A DNA stretch of 64,000 nt. Origin: a virus (Duplodnaviria > Caudoviricetes). The notes below the pieces were generated by a model. That model searched no databases. It was not told the origin of the DNA and saw only the letters and a program-made list of their open reading frames with translations. Positions 37,020-46,521 of the stretch are shown piece by piece. Location of the stretch: the IMG/VR virus record IMGVR_UViG_2695421015_000002. The stretch is one strand, 5' to 3'. Numbering within the stretch: the stretch's first letter is position 1; each line of letters opens with the position of its first letter. Made by a program: the position numbers and the translations under genes.

Positions 37020-38536
37020 TGGTTCGTGCAATTCACGCGATGGAGCGCCGCCTCCAAGATCTGGAACGAAAGTTCCAGAACAAAGAGCGCCTCGGCAAGA
37101 TCGTCGCTGTGAAGTACGAGAAGGACCGCTGGTACGTCAAACTCAATGACGGCCAGAACCAGACGCCGAGCGGCGGCGATGAAGGTGCCGGCGGCAGCCA
37201 GGACACCTTCAAGAGCGATTGGCAGCCTTGGCAGGCCCACTCGCACCAGACCATCAAGTATTCGATCCCGCCGAAAATCGGTCAGCACGGAATCATCCGG
37301 GCTGTCGGCGGCATCCCCGAACTAGCAACCGTCGAGCCCTTCCATTATGGGCCCGACACGCCGTCACCGCACGGCAAGCAGGATGAAACGGTTGAGCTGA
37401 TCCACGATAAAGATGATCAGCAGCACTGGGTCCATCAGACCAAGGACACCAACCACCTCATCATCAAGAGCAAACAGAGCCAGGGCGGCATCGGCGGCCT
37501 TGGCGACATTGGCGGACTCGGTGACCTCGCCGGTATCAGCCAGATGGCTGGCCTCAGCGGCATGGATTTCTCCGGCCTCATGGGCAGCCTTGGCAATCTC
37601 GGCAACCTTGGCAACCTAGCCAATCTCGACATCTCGAACATCGCCAACCTGTCGCAGCTGTCCCAGCTCACCAACATCGGTGGTCTAGCCAAGCTCGCTG
37701 ACATCGGCAGCATGGCCAAGATAGTCGGCCTCCCTGATCTCGCGCAGCTCGGCAACGTCGCCAGCATCGCGCAGCAGGTCACTGGCGCAGGTCTCCTCGG
37801 CCAGGTCGGCGGCATGATCGGCGGCGGTGCCGGCGGTGCAGCCGGCGTCCCTGCGAGCAGTGGAGGATCGGGCGGCTCCGGTAGTTCCGGTAGCGGTTCG
37901 AGCGGCCAGCAGCAGTCGCAGCAGACGCAGGCGCCCAAACTTCCGGACGTGCCGGAGGAGGGCGACGACGGCGTCACGCGCACGCTGAACGACAAGGACA
38001 AGATCCTCAAGACGGTCGGCAAGAACAAGTCGTACTACCGCCAGGACGAAAAGCTCGTCCACGTCCGCTTCGGTGATCAGGACGCCAAGGGCGACGTGCT
38101 GATGGACGACAACCAGGTCAAGATCCAGTTCAAGGACAAGAAGGCCGTCGTCAAGTGGACCGAGAATGACCTGACCGCCCAGATGGGCGATGACGACAAG
38201 TCGAAGGTCTACATGACCGAAGACGAGATCCTGATGACGCAGGGCGGCGGCAATGCGTCGACCGTCAAGGTCACGAAGGACCACGTCAAGCTCAGTCAGG
38301 GCTCTACCCAGTTCGTGCTGGACAGCGGCGGTCTCACGATCGTTGCCGGCGGCACCATGTGGCGTTTCTCCGGCTCTGGCTACAGCCAGATCGGCGGCGA
38401 GATGGGCCACAACCACAAGAACATCGGTTACCTGCACACGCATCCAGGTACCGGACCACCCAACCTTCCATTCCTCGGTGAAGACCCGACCGCGCCAGTC
38501 GACGACGGCGGCGGAAGCGGTGTCATCTCCACATAA
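37019..38536 (+). CDS. Baseplate spike protein (gpV-like) with a long low-complexity insert
   Basis: N-terminal OB-like segment (G.I..V...SDWQPW...PPKIGQ), beta-repeat region, C-terminal H-T-H-P-G metal motif. Confidence 0.8.
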   Translation: MVRAIHAMERRLQDLERKFQNKERLGKIVAVKYEKDRWYVKLNDGQNQTPSGGDEGAGGSQDTFKSDWQPWQAHSHQTIKYSIPPKIGQHGIIRAVGGIPELATVEPFHYGPDTPSPHGKQDETVELIHDKDDQQHWVHQTKDTNHLIIKSKQSQGGIGGLGDIGGLGDLAGISQMAGLSGMDFSGLMGSLGNLGNLGNLANLDISNIANLSQLSQLTNIGGLAKLADIGSMAKIVGLPDLAQLGNVASIAQQVTGAGLLGQVGGMIGGGAGGAAGVPASSGGSGGSGSSGSGSSGQQQSQQTQAPKLPDVPEEGDDGVTRTLNDKDKILKTVGKNKSYYRQDEKLVHVRFGDQDAKGDVLMDDNQVKIQFKDKKAVVKWTENDLTAQMGDDDKSKVYMTEDEILMTQGGGNASTVKVTKDHVKLSQGSTQFVLDSGGLTIVAGGTMWRFSGSGYSQIGGEMGHNHKNIGYLHTHPGTGPPNLPFLGEDPTAPVDDGGGSGVIST

Positions 38537-38550
38537 CAGGGAAATCAAAA

Positions 38551-38832
38551 ATGACCGCTTATACCGTTGCCAAGGCCTTCTGGCGCAATGGCATCCTCCA
38601 GCCCGTTGGCAAGGTGGTCAACCTCCTTGAGGTTGAAGCCAAGTATATCAAGCACGCGCTGGCGCCAGTCGTCCAGACAGTGGAAGCGGAAGTAGCGAAG
38701 GTGGAGTCGGCTGTGGCCGCTGTCACTTCCAAGACCCCCGCTGCTCCTGCAACGCCGGCTGCTCCTGCGGCTCCTGCGGCTCCGGCGGCGCCCGCTGCCC
38801 CGGCAGCTCCGGCGGCTCCGGCCTCCAAGTAA
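38551..38832 (+). CDS. Small protein with (PAA)n tail
   Basis: N-terminal V.L...EAKY motif followed by 9-nt repeats. Confidence 0.7.
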   Translation: MTAYTVAKAFWRNGILQPVGKVVNLLEVEAKYIKHALAPVVQTVEAEVAKVESAVAAVTSKTPAAPATPAAPAAPAAPAAPAAPAAPAAPASK

Positions 38833-38853
38833 TCGTGGCGGAGGCGCCGAACA

Positions 38854-39213
38854 ATGGCAGCGCTTCCCACTGATCATCTGATCGACATCGATCGTGAGAC
38901 TGGCGAGTACATCCAAGGATGGCCTCGCATCAAGCAGAGCATCTTCGTCATCCTCACCACCAGGCTCAAGAGCCGTCTCATGCGCCTGTGGTGGGGCTCG
39001 CAGTTCATCGACATGCAGGACAAGCCGATGAACGAGGAGACGATCATGTCCGGCATGATGGCAGCGATCTCCGCGATCAACACCTACGAGCCTGAGTTCA
39101 AGGTCACCCGCGTGTCGATCGATTCGGCCGACGCATCGGGCGACATCACCATCACGGTGGAAGGAGTCGATCTCATCGACAACGCAGCGCGCAGGGTGAA
39201 AACCGTAATTTAG
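38854..39213 (+). CDS. Baseplate wedge protein (gpW/gp25-like)
   Basis: IDRETG, I.QSI..ILTT...SR.MR..WGS and EP motifs. Confidence 0.92.
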   Translation: MAALPTDHLIDIDRETGEYIQGWPRIKQSIFVILTTRLKSRLMRLWWGSQFIDMQDKPMNEETIMSGMMAAISAINTYEPEFKVTRVSIDSADASGDITITVEGVDLIDNAARRVKTVI

Positions 39214-39223
39214 CGAGGGTGCA

Positions 39224-40099
39224 ATGCCCAACTACACTTCACCCGCGCTCTACATCGACTTTGCGCGGCTGCCTCCGCCTGACGTAATCGAGACCATTTC
39301 GTTCGAGACGCTGCTTTCGCAGTATCAGGCGGATGTCGTCTCGAAGAACGACAAGCTCGCCGCGGCGGTCAAGCTTGAGCAGTCCCCGACCAATGTGATC
39401 TTGGAGGCGGAAGCCTACGGCGAAATGCTGGTCCGGGCCCGCGTCAATGCGGCTGCTCGCGCGGTGATGCTCGCCTTCTCCAAGGGCGCTGACCTGGACA
39501 ACCTTGCAGCCTTCTTCGGCTGCGAGCGCCTGGCCGGCGAAACCGACGACAGCCTGCGGCGCCGAGCCCAGCTCGCCCCTGAGGCCTTCACTACGGCCGG
39601 ATCTGAAGGCGCCTACATCTACCAGACGCTGACCTCCGACGTCCGCATTCGCGATGCGACAGCGGTGAAGATGAACAATTTCGGCGGCGTCCGGGTGAGC
39701 GTGATGCAGAGCGGGTCTGATCCCGTGCCGACGACCGACATCATCTACAACGTCGTCAATCGCCTGAACTCGAAGGGTATCAAGCCCCTGACCGACGTGA
39801 TCAGCGTCGTGCCTGTCAAGGTGATCAAGCAGCAGATCGTCGCCAACATCAGCCTCTATCCTGGGCCCGATGCGGCGCTGGTCATGGCCGATATCGGCAC
39901 TGCGTTGAACAAGGTCCGCGCGAACGTCTCGCTCATCGGTCGCGATCTGACGCGGTCGGCGATCATCTCTGCCCTCAACCAGGAGGGCGTCCAGTCCGTC
40001 GATCTGATCTCGCCGGCACAGAATGTGGTGGTGGACACCAGCCAGTGCGCGCTCATCGAGTCCGCGACGGTTACGCCGCTGCCGTTCCGGGTGGAGTAA
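39224..40099 (+). CDS. Baseplate assembly protein J
   Basis: LP.PDVIE...FE, RVN.AARA.MLA...G.DLD.L, AG..GAY and PLTD motifs. Confidence 0.93.
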   Translation: MPNYTSPALYIDFARLPPPDVIETISFETLLSQYQADVVSKNDKLAAAVKLEQSPTNVILEAEAYGEMLVRARVNAAARAVMLAFSKGADLDNLAAFFGCERLAGETDDSLRRRAQLAPEAFTTAGSEGAYIYQTLTSDVRIRDATAVKMNNFGGVRVSVMQSGSDPVPTTDIIYNVVNRLNSKGIKPLTDVISVVPVKVIKQQIVANISLYPGPDAALVMADIGTALNKVRANVSLIGRDLTRSAIISALNQEGVQSVDLISPAQNVVVDTSQCALIESATVTPLPFRVE

Positions 40100-40102
40100 G
40101 AA

Positions 40103-41314
40103 ATGACGACGTTTCCGACGCGCCGGATGGATCACGTCCTCGCTCCGAACGCTACGGAATACGAGCGGACGCTCGCGTCCCAGGTTGATCGTCTTCTGAA
40201 CATGGACATTCCGATCCGGGTCCTCTGGGATCCGTGGAAGTGTCCTGAGAACCTGCTGCCATACCTGGCGTGGGCTCTCTCGGTCGATATCTGGGACTCG
40301 AGCTGGCCTCTTACCAAGCGTCGGAGCGTGGTCGCCAACGCGATCAAGCACCACCAGGTCAAGGGCACGCTACAGGCGATCGAAACCTACATCGATCTCG
40401 TCGACAGCCAGCTGCTCAAGGCAACGACGCCGCCGGCTAAGATATTCTCCGGCGCATCGCTCAGCGTGGAGCAGCGAGAGGCCTGGCTTGCCAAACTTCC
40501 GCAGGTCAGGGTCTATCAGCAGTACCTGCTGGGCGCCGCCAAGAAGCGAATCTTCTCTGGTGGCGGCCGGTACAACAGCTTCTTCGAACAGAAGTTCCCG
40601 CAGCCGAACGACGCCATCACGCGGCTGTCGAAGCGGGCGACCTGGACCGTCAACGGTGTCGAGACCGACACCAAGATCGAGAACGACGACAGCTATTTCA
40701 GGATCTTCATCAAGACGGTCCTGCCGTATTCGGATTTCTGCAACAGACCGTTTAATCTGAAGAAGAAGTTCCCGATCCCGTCGACCGCCTACAAGCGGAT
40801 CGTGACGATCGCGCCGCTGGTTATCAGTCCATGGCGCGTTGCAGTCGGCCCTCAGCTTGAGCCGGTGTCGACCACGCCAGAGTTGGTCACGACCACGGGC
40901 AAGGAAGGGCACGCGGTCTACAGCGGTCGCACGATCTACAAGCGGTATTTCGTTCCGTCGCAGGCGCCGTACCAGATCTACGAGCGGTACGCGGTCAACG
41001 ACGGCTCGATCCTGACGCCGCAGCGACCGTCGATCCAGTTCATGGGCTACGGTAGGTACGGCATCGCGCCTCACTCTGCCGAGCTGAAGGTGCGGATGAA
41101 CACGCAGTGGAGCAGGTACAAGGCACGCCTCGGCGAGCCGTTCGCTCCGCGCACGAAGTTCTTCACGCCGCATGACCCAACGCTCATGGCAAAGAACAGG
41201 CAGGCGATCATCGCCGCCAAGCGCCTGAGCGACAAGATCGTGCTGGATACCAACACCGTGCCCGGGTTCATCGCCGGACTTCCCAAGTTCGCTGGCGATC
41301 CCATCGTAATCTGA
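40103..41314 (+). CDS. Phage tail protein I (P2 gpI-like), extended
   Basis: LWDP..CP..LLPYLAWALSVD.WD..W....KR and H..KGT. Confidence 0.9.
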   Translation: MTTFPTRRMDHVLAPNATEYERTLASQVDRLLNMDIPIRVLWDPWKCPENLLPYLAWALSVDIWDSSWPLTKRRSVVANAIKHHQVKGTLQAIETYIDLVDSQLLKATTPPAKIFSGASLSVEQREAWLAKLPQVRVYQQYLLGAAKKRIFSGGGRYNSFFEQKFPQPNDAITRLSKRATWTVNGVETDTKIENDDSYFRIFIKTVLPYSDFCNRPFNLKKKFPIPSTAYKRIVTIAPLVISPWRVAVGPQLEPVSTTPELVTTTGKEGHAVYSGRTIYKRYFVPSQAPYQIYERYAVNDGSILTPQRPSIQFMGYGRYGIAPHSAELKVRMNTQWSRYKARLGEPFAPRTKFFTPHDPTLMAKNRQAIIAAKRLSDKIVLDTNTVPGFIAGLPKFAGDPIVI

Positions 41315-41335
41315 TCTTTCAACCGAAAGCACAAT

Positions 41336-41366
41336 GCCCATCGTCCGCGGGGACGGTGGGCTTTTT
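41336..41366 (+). terminator. Rho-independent terminator
   Basis: GCCCATCGTCC-GCGG-GGACGGTGGGC followed by TTTTT. Confidence 0.85.
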
Positions 41367-41390
41367 CGTGCCCCAACAAGAGGCCCATAG

Positions 41391-43658
41391 ATGGACCGCC
41401 AAGTAATCTTCCGCGACTATCAGGAACAGGTCGCGACTGACCACAACAACATTCAGGATTATGTGCGTACCGCGATGGACAACATCGTGACGGACGCGGT
41501 CTCTGCTACCCGCAAATACTCTGGCCTGATGGTCACCAAGACCGGTCAGGTCGAGGTCACCGTGGGTATGGGTCGCGTGTACGATACCGGCGCTGTCTAC
41601 GCGCTCCGCGCCATCCTGACGCAGTCGCTGGCAACCTATGTCGCTGCAGCCGCAAGGCGCGTCGTCACCATCTCGGCCTATGGCCAGGAAGTGCAGACGG
41701 ACGTCCAGACCCGCGACTATCTGACCGACGTCGATACCGGGACCGTCGAGCCACGCGCTGTCGCGATGACCGACTCCCGTGACGCACAGATCGTCTTCAC
41801 GGCCGGCGCCGAAGCAGCTGATCCGGTTCCTCCTGCGATCCCTGCGACCCACGTCGTGATCGCCAACGTCGTGCTGGATACCACGCAGATCGTCTCGATC
41901 GACATGCAGGACCAGAACGCGGTCGTGTCGACCGACGCCCTGGACATCCGCACCGATCTGCTCGAAACCTTCAAATCCCTCATCGAGCCGCGCGTCACCT
42001 CGCTGGCGTCCGACCTTGCGGACCTCTCGAACCGCATCACCGGCCTGGCTGCTCAGGATGACCTTTCCCGCGTCTACCTCGATCTGGCGCGCGTGAAGGA
42101 GAGCCTGCGCTTCCCGCCAGACGCTTCGGGCTTCGACTCTGACTTCTTCCTCGACATGAATAAGTCGGACTACAACAACACGCTGTTGCTCGGCTACGAC
42201 GCGAAGGTCGAGGAGGGCATCCGCTTCAACGATGCCAACGCGAACCAGTTCGAAATCTCGCTATTCTCGGCGAACGATCCGAACGCGGCGTTGTCCGGCG
42301 GCTATCTGATGCCGAAATACACCAACGTGCTGAAGATCCAGACCGGTGCCTACACCGAGTCTCTCGGCATCGCTCAGTACGGCTACCAGGTGCATTCGAT
42401 GCAGGTGGGATACATGGCCCGCACGCGCATTCGGTATGGCGGAAGCTACACGGTCTGCACCAACGGCAACAGCTACAACACCCCGGGAGAACAGGTCAAC
42501 ACCACCAACCTGTACGATTTCAACACGACTGAGTTCACGACGGTGGAAAACAATCCACCGACTCTCGCTCATCCGTATGCCTGGTCTCGTACCGACTACT
42601 ACTGGCTCGACACCTGGGAAGAGCCGTTCATGTACGAGGTCACCACCAACCTGTCGATCACAGGTGCTCAGGTGGCTCAGACCTTCCTGGTTTCGAACGA
42701 CATCATCGCGACCCAGCTCGGATTCTACATCACGGCCAAGGCCGCGAACGAAGACATCCACATCGCGCTCTGCGAAGTGACCGCCGGTCAGCCTGACCTC
42801 GACAAGGTCTGTTTGAAGACGACCTACTCGCAGGCGAGCATCGTCACGGGTTGGAACCTGTGCCCAATACAGCCGACCTTCCTCCAGAAGGGTAAGCGTT
42901 ACGCCTTCGTGTTCATCTCGAACGCGAACCACCAGATCGGCATGACCTCCGGTCAGTCCTATCTGGACGGCACGTTCTTCTACTCGACGGACGGCATCTA
43001 CTACATGGGCGATCTGACCAAGGACATGATGCTCCAGGTCTATGGCGCTTCGTTCGCTTCGTCTCAGGTTGCGATCGAGTTCGCTCCGATCAACCTCGAC
43101 GGCGGCTTCCGCGACGTCGACATCCTGGCCGAACAGTGGGTTCCGGGTTCGTGCGAACTCGTCTTCGAGATGCGACCAAACGGTACCGGTGAATGGCAGC
43201 CGCTGATCGCCGACAATTCCGGCGTTCTCGGAACTGCTCCGCCGCTCGCTCAGTTCAGGGCTCGCTTCATCGGCACCACCGACATGGCGCCGATCCTGCA
43301 TCTGACAGGTTCTCGCGTCAGCGTCTCTCGTCCGAAGACGGCATACAAGCATGTCTCGACCCAGATGACCGTGCCGGCGCTGTCGAACATCGCGCACAAC
43401 CTGACGTTCGTGAACTTGCTCGAAATGTTCGATCCGACGCCGCACACCTACGGCATCTCGGTTCGAGTTGGCGGGACTGAGTACACGCCCGACACGACCA
43501 TCACCGAGGTGATGGACGCGACAGCGAAGCGTTACCAGAAGACCTACACGTTCAGTCTTCCGGCCGGGACCACGCAGTTCACGATCGAGCAGACCGGAAC
43601 GACGAACTCTCCGCAGGTCACGTACCACGTCGCCGAGCGGACGTTCTACACCAAGTAA
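41391..43658 (+). CDS. Large baseplate/tail-fibre structural protein
   Basis: 755-aa Thr-rich beta protein following gpI. Confidence 0.7.
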   Translation: MDRQVIFRDYQEQVATDHNNIQDYVRTAMDNIVTDAVSATRKYSGLMVTKTGQVEVTVGMGRVYDTGAVYALRAILTQSLATYVAAAARRVVTISAYGQEVQTDVQTRDYLTDVDTGTVEPRAVAMTDSRDAQIVFTAGAEAADPVPPAIPATHVVIANVVLDTTQIVSIDMQDQNAVVSTDALDIRTDLLETFKSLIEPRVTSLASDLADLSNRITGLAAQDDLSRVYLDLARVKESLRFPPDASGFDSDFFLDMNKSDYNNTLLLGYDAKVEEGIRFNDANANQFEISLFSANDPNAALSGGYLMPKYTNVLKIQTGAYTESLGIAQYGYQVHSMQVGYMARTRIRYGGSYTVCTNGNSYNTPGEQVNTTNLYDFNTTEFTTVENNPPTLAHPYAWSRTDYYWLDTWEEPFMYEVTTNLSITGAQVAQTFLVSNDIIATQLGFYITAKAANEDIHIALCEVTAGQPDLDKVCLKTTYSQASIVTGWNLCPIQPTFLQKGKRYAFVFISNANHQIGMTSGQSYLDGTFFYSTDGIYYMGDLTKDMMLQVYGASFASSQVAIEFAPINLDGGFRDVDILAEQWVPGSCELVFEMRPNGTGEWQPLIADNSGVLGTAPPLAQFRARFIGTTDMAPILHLTGSRVSVSRPKTAYKHVSTQMTVPALSNIAHNLTFVNLLEMFDPTPHTYGISVRVGGTEYTPDTTITEVMDATAKRYQKTYTFSLPAGTTQFTIEQTGTTNSPQVTYHVAERTFYTK

Positions 43659-43670
43659 GGAAACCACTTC

Positions 43671-43922
43671 ATGGCAGACACGTCTACCGCAGCCGCTCCG
43701 GCGGCTGCTCCTGCTGCTGCTCCGGCGGCGGCTCCCGTCGCTCCTGCGGCACAGCCTGTTTCGCCTGCCGCGCCCGATCCGAACAAGCGTTACCGGGTCA
43801 AGCTGGCTCGCGCAGTCGAGGTTGTGCCTGGCATCTGGGCGCGGCCTGGCCACAACGTGACCCTCAGGGGGTCCGACGTCGTCAAGCTCGGCGCCGCAAT
43901 CATCAGCTACGAAGAGGTCTAA
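43671..43922 (+). CDS. Small tail-associated protein with Ala/Pro N-terminus
   Basis: AAGGA SD; D..K.Y.V.L.R.V motif. Confidence 0.7.
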   Translation: MADTSTAAAPAAAPAAAPAAAPVAPAAQPVSPAAPDPNKRYRVKLARAVEVVPGIWARPGHNVTLRGSDVVKLGAAIISYEEV

Positions 43923-43925
43923 GGA

Positions 43926-45260
43926 ATGGCCCGCCGGTTTGATCAATATTATCAGGTAAAGTCGAGGGACAACCTTGGCGATCCCGATTACTGGAACCGG
44001 CGTTTTGATGACATCGATCGTCGAATTTCGTCCAACGAGGACGGACTCTCGGCGATCGGTGGGTTGACGACGTACATCGAGGGTCTCGCTCTCGACCGCC
44101 TCAACCTCGTCCTTGCGCCGGCCTTGGACAAGATCACCCTGGTCTCAGAACAGGGCTTCTTGCTTGCCCATTCGAACAACGCGGTGACGCTGGACACGGC
44201 GACCACCCAGACGTTCGCCATCTATGATGCCGCCGAACGTGAGCTTTTCGCCCCGTCGCCTTTCGTCACGATCGTGCGCGAGGCCAACCAGACCGACTAT
44301 GCTTTCGCAAGGCTCGTGTCCTGGGACAAGGTGGGCGGCCAGCTGGTTCTCCAGCCGGTTCAGATTTTCGGCAATCCGGGACCGTTCATCGACTGGACCA
44401 TCTACGTCGGAACGGCCCTTTCGCAGGCCATTCAGCAGATGCTGGCTGACACCCAGGCGGCGCGAGACGCAGCCAAGGGATATCGCGACAACGCTGCTGA
44501 CAGTGCAAATCAAACATCGTCTGACAAGACTGCCATCGCGCTGATGAAGTCAGACACGCTGGCGGCTCGTGACGCTGCCGCGGCTTCTGCTGCTGCGGCC
44601 AAGGTCTGGGATCCGACGAACTACTATCAGAAGACCGAGGTCGATGCCGAAGTCAACGCCAAGGTCGCCGGCTTGGTCAACAGCGCGCCATCAACGCTCG
44701 ACACGCTGCAGGAACTCGCCTCGGCGCTCGGCAACGACGCCAACTTTTCGACGACCGTCACGGCTTCGCTCGGAAATAGGGTGAGGGTCGACACCAACGC
44801 ACAAGGACTGACTGCGGCTCAGCAGTTAAACGCCAGAACCAACCTGGGCTTCCCGGCGAACACTGTTGGCCTTGTCAACATCGCGTCCGCTGCGCAGATC
44901 ACGGTTGGCGCGGCTGCTGACGCCGTCACCGTCAATCAGGCGTGGGCTGCGGCTGGCTGGGTGCCACTCGGTAACCTGACTGGCACTGTCACAATCGACG
45001 GCAACACTGGCTCTCGCTTCGTTGGCACTCTCGTTGGCAACGTCACTATCGCCACCACCAATATGAAGCCCGGTCAGGTCTTAGAACTTTCCTTCGTTCA
45101 AGACGCCACCGGCTCGCGAACTGTGAGCTGGTCTGGATTCCTATTCCCAGATGGTATCGCTCCGACAGTCTTCCCGAATGCCAATAATTGGGCGGTTTTC
45201 TACTCCGGTGTCTACCATTCCTACGGTTTTATGCTGGGCAATGGCTGGAAGACGTACTGA
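43926..45260 (+). CDS. Tail fibre protein
   Basis: LV.SAP.TLDTLQELA.ALGND.NF, Q.LT..Q...AR.N.G and QDATG.RT..W motifs. Confidence 0.88.
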   Translation: MARRFDQYYQVKSRDNLGDPDYWNRRFDDIDRRISSNEDGLSAIGGLTTYIEGLALDRLNLVLAPALDKITLVSEQGFLLAHSNNAVTLDTATTQTFAIYDAAERELFAPSPFVTIVREANQTDYAFARLVSWDKVGGQLVLQPVQIFGNPGPFIDWTIYVGTALSQAIQQMLADTQAARDAAKGYRDNAADSANQTSSDKTAIALMKSDTLAARDAAAASAAAAKVWDPTNYYQKTEVDAEVNAKVAGLVNSAPSTLDTLQELASALGNDANFSTTVTASLGNRVRVDTNAQGLTAAQQLNARTNLGFPANTVGLVNIASAAQITVGAAADAVTVNQAWAAAGWVPLGNLTGTVTIDGNTGSRFVGTLVGNVTIATTNMKPGQVLELSFVQDATGSRTVSWSGFLFPDGIAPTVFPNANNWAVFYSGVYHSYGFMLGNGWKTY

Positions 45261-45847
45261 TGATCATCCCTAGCCTTCGACACATAATTACCCCGGCTGG
45301 CCACACGGTTATTCCCGGCAGCGTCAGCTACACCACGCCAGGCACCTACTCCTTCACCGTCCCTTACTATCACTCGCTCCTGGCAGACTGTCGCGGAGCG
45401 AGTGGGGGCGGCGGCGGTTACTGTTGGAATCAACCATATGGCGGCACGGACGGTGGCGCGGGTGGCTATAGTTACTTTAACGCACCCACCGGCAACATCG
45501 TAGGCTACGGCGGTGGTGGCGGTACAGCGGGTAGCTCACAAACACCAGTTCATCACGGTACCAACGGTGCGAACGGCACCGGGTCTGGTGGTGACTACAA
45601 TGGTGTTGGTGATGCGACCACTGGCGGTATCGGCGCTTACTATCCTGCAAACAGGTCGTATGACGGAGGTAACGGCGGCAATGGCGCTCGGGCCTACAAG
45701 ACATTCTCCAAGGGTGGCCCGCTCATCCCGCTCTCCGTTATCACCGTTGTGGTTGGCCAGGCTGGCGCTGCTGGTTACGCCGATAACGCAAACCTCGTGA
45801 AGGCTACCCCCGGCGTCAATGGCGCAGTCTACATTTCATGGAGCTAA
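45260..45847 (+). CDS. Glycine-rich tail-associated protein
   Basis: YTTPGTYSFTVP, G.SGGGG and G..GAV.ISW motifs. Confidence 0.8.
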   Translation: MIIPSLRHIITPAGHTVIPGSVSYTTPGTYSFTVPYYHSLLADCRGASGGGGGYCWNQPYGGTDGGAGGYSYFNAPTGNIVGYGGGGGTAGSSQTPVHHGTNGANGTGSGGDYNGVGDATTGGIGAYYPANRSYDGGNGGNGARAYKTFSKGGPLIPLSVITVVVGQAGAAGYADNANLVKATPGVNGAVYISWS

Positions 45848-45850
45848 TCA

Positions 45851-46453
45851 ATGCTGATCGCCAAAGAGACGACGCCTGGAACATTTGAAGAGATCTTATT
45901 TGGGTCTTCCTTCACTGGCCCAGATGGAGTGCTCCATGGATGGCAGTGCATCGAATTGTGGTCCGATTCTGATCTGAATGCGATCGGCGTGTATCGCGTT
46001 CAGCCAGTCACGCCGCCCACCGACCCTGAAGTGACGATCTCCGGATACCACTTCGAGCGTGTCAACGGAATTGTCACCCAGATCCTTGATCTGGTTCAGC
46101 CTCCACCGCCGACCAAGCAGGATCTTCTGGACTATGCAGCCGCCAAGCGATTCGACCTCGAAGTCGGAGGCATCGTCTCGGCAACATATGGTCCGCTTCC
46201 GACTGACCGAGACACCCGAGCCATCGTTGGCCAGACAATTCAGTCTATCGACCTTGGCATCGTCACAGCTCCAGTCAACTTCAAGACGCCGCAGGGATTT
46301 GTCCCGCTCGATCGTGCGGCATTCGTAGCAATCGCCACGGAAATGGCCGCCCACGTCCAGTCTACCTTCGACAAAGAAGGTCAGGTTGACGCTCAGATCC
46401 AGGCGGGGACGATCACCACGAAAGCGGCGGTTGACGCCGCGCTCACCTCATAA
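45851..46453 (+). CDS. Tail fibre assembly-like protein (DUF4376-like)
   Basis: L..YAA.KR...EVGG, TDR and HVQ..F..E motifs. Confidence 0.75.
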   Translation: MLIAKETTPGTFEEILFGSSFTGPDGVLHGWQCIELWSDSDLNAIGVYRVQPVTPPTDPEVTISGYHFERVNGIVTQILDLVQPPPPTKQDLLDYAAAKRFDLEVGGIVSATYGPLPTDRDTRAIVGQTIQSIDLGIVTAPVNFKTPQGFVPLDRAAFVAIATEMAAHVQSTFDKEGQVDAQIQAGTITTKAAVDAALTS

Positions 46454-46476
46454 ACCAAACCAACCAACCTCACCAC

Positions 46477-46508
46477 GAGCCGCTCCATCCGGGGCGGCTT
46501 TTTTGTTT
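46477..46508 (+). terminator. Rho-independent terminator
   Basis: GAGCCGCTCC-ATCC-GGGGCGGCTT followed by a T-run. Confidence 0.85.
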
Positions 46509-46521
46509 GGGAGAACCATAC

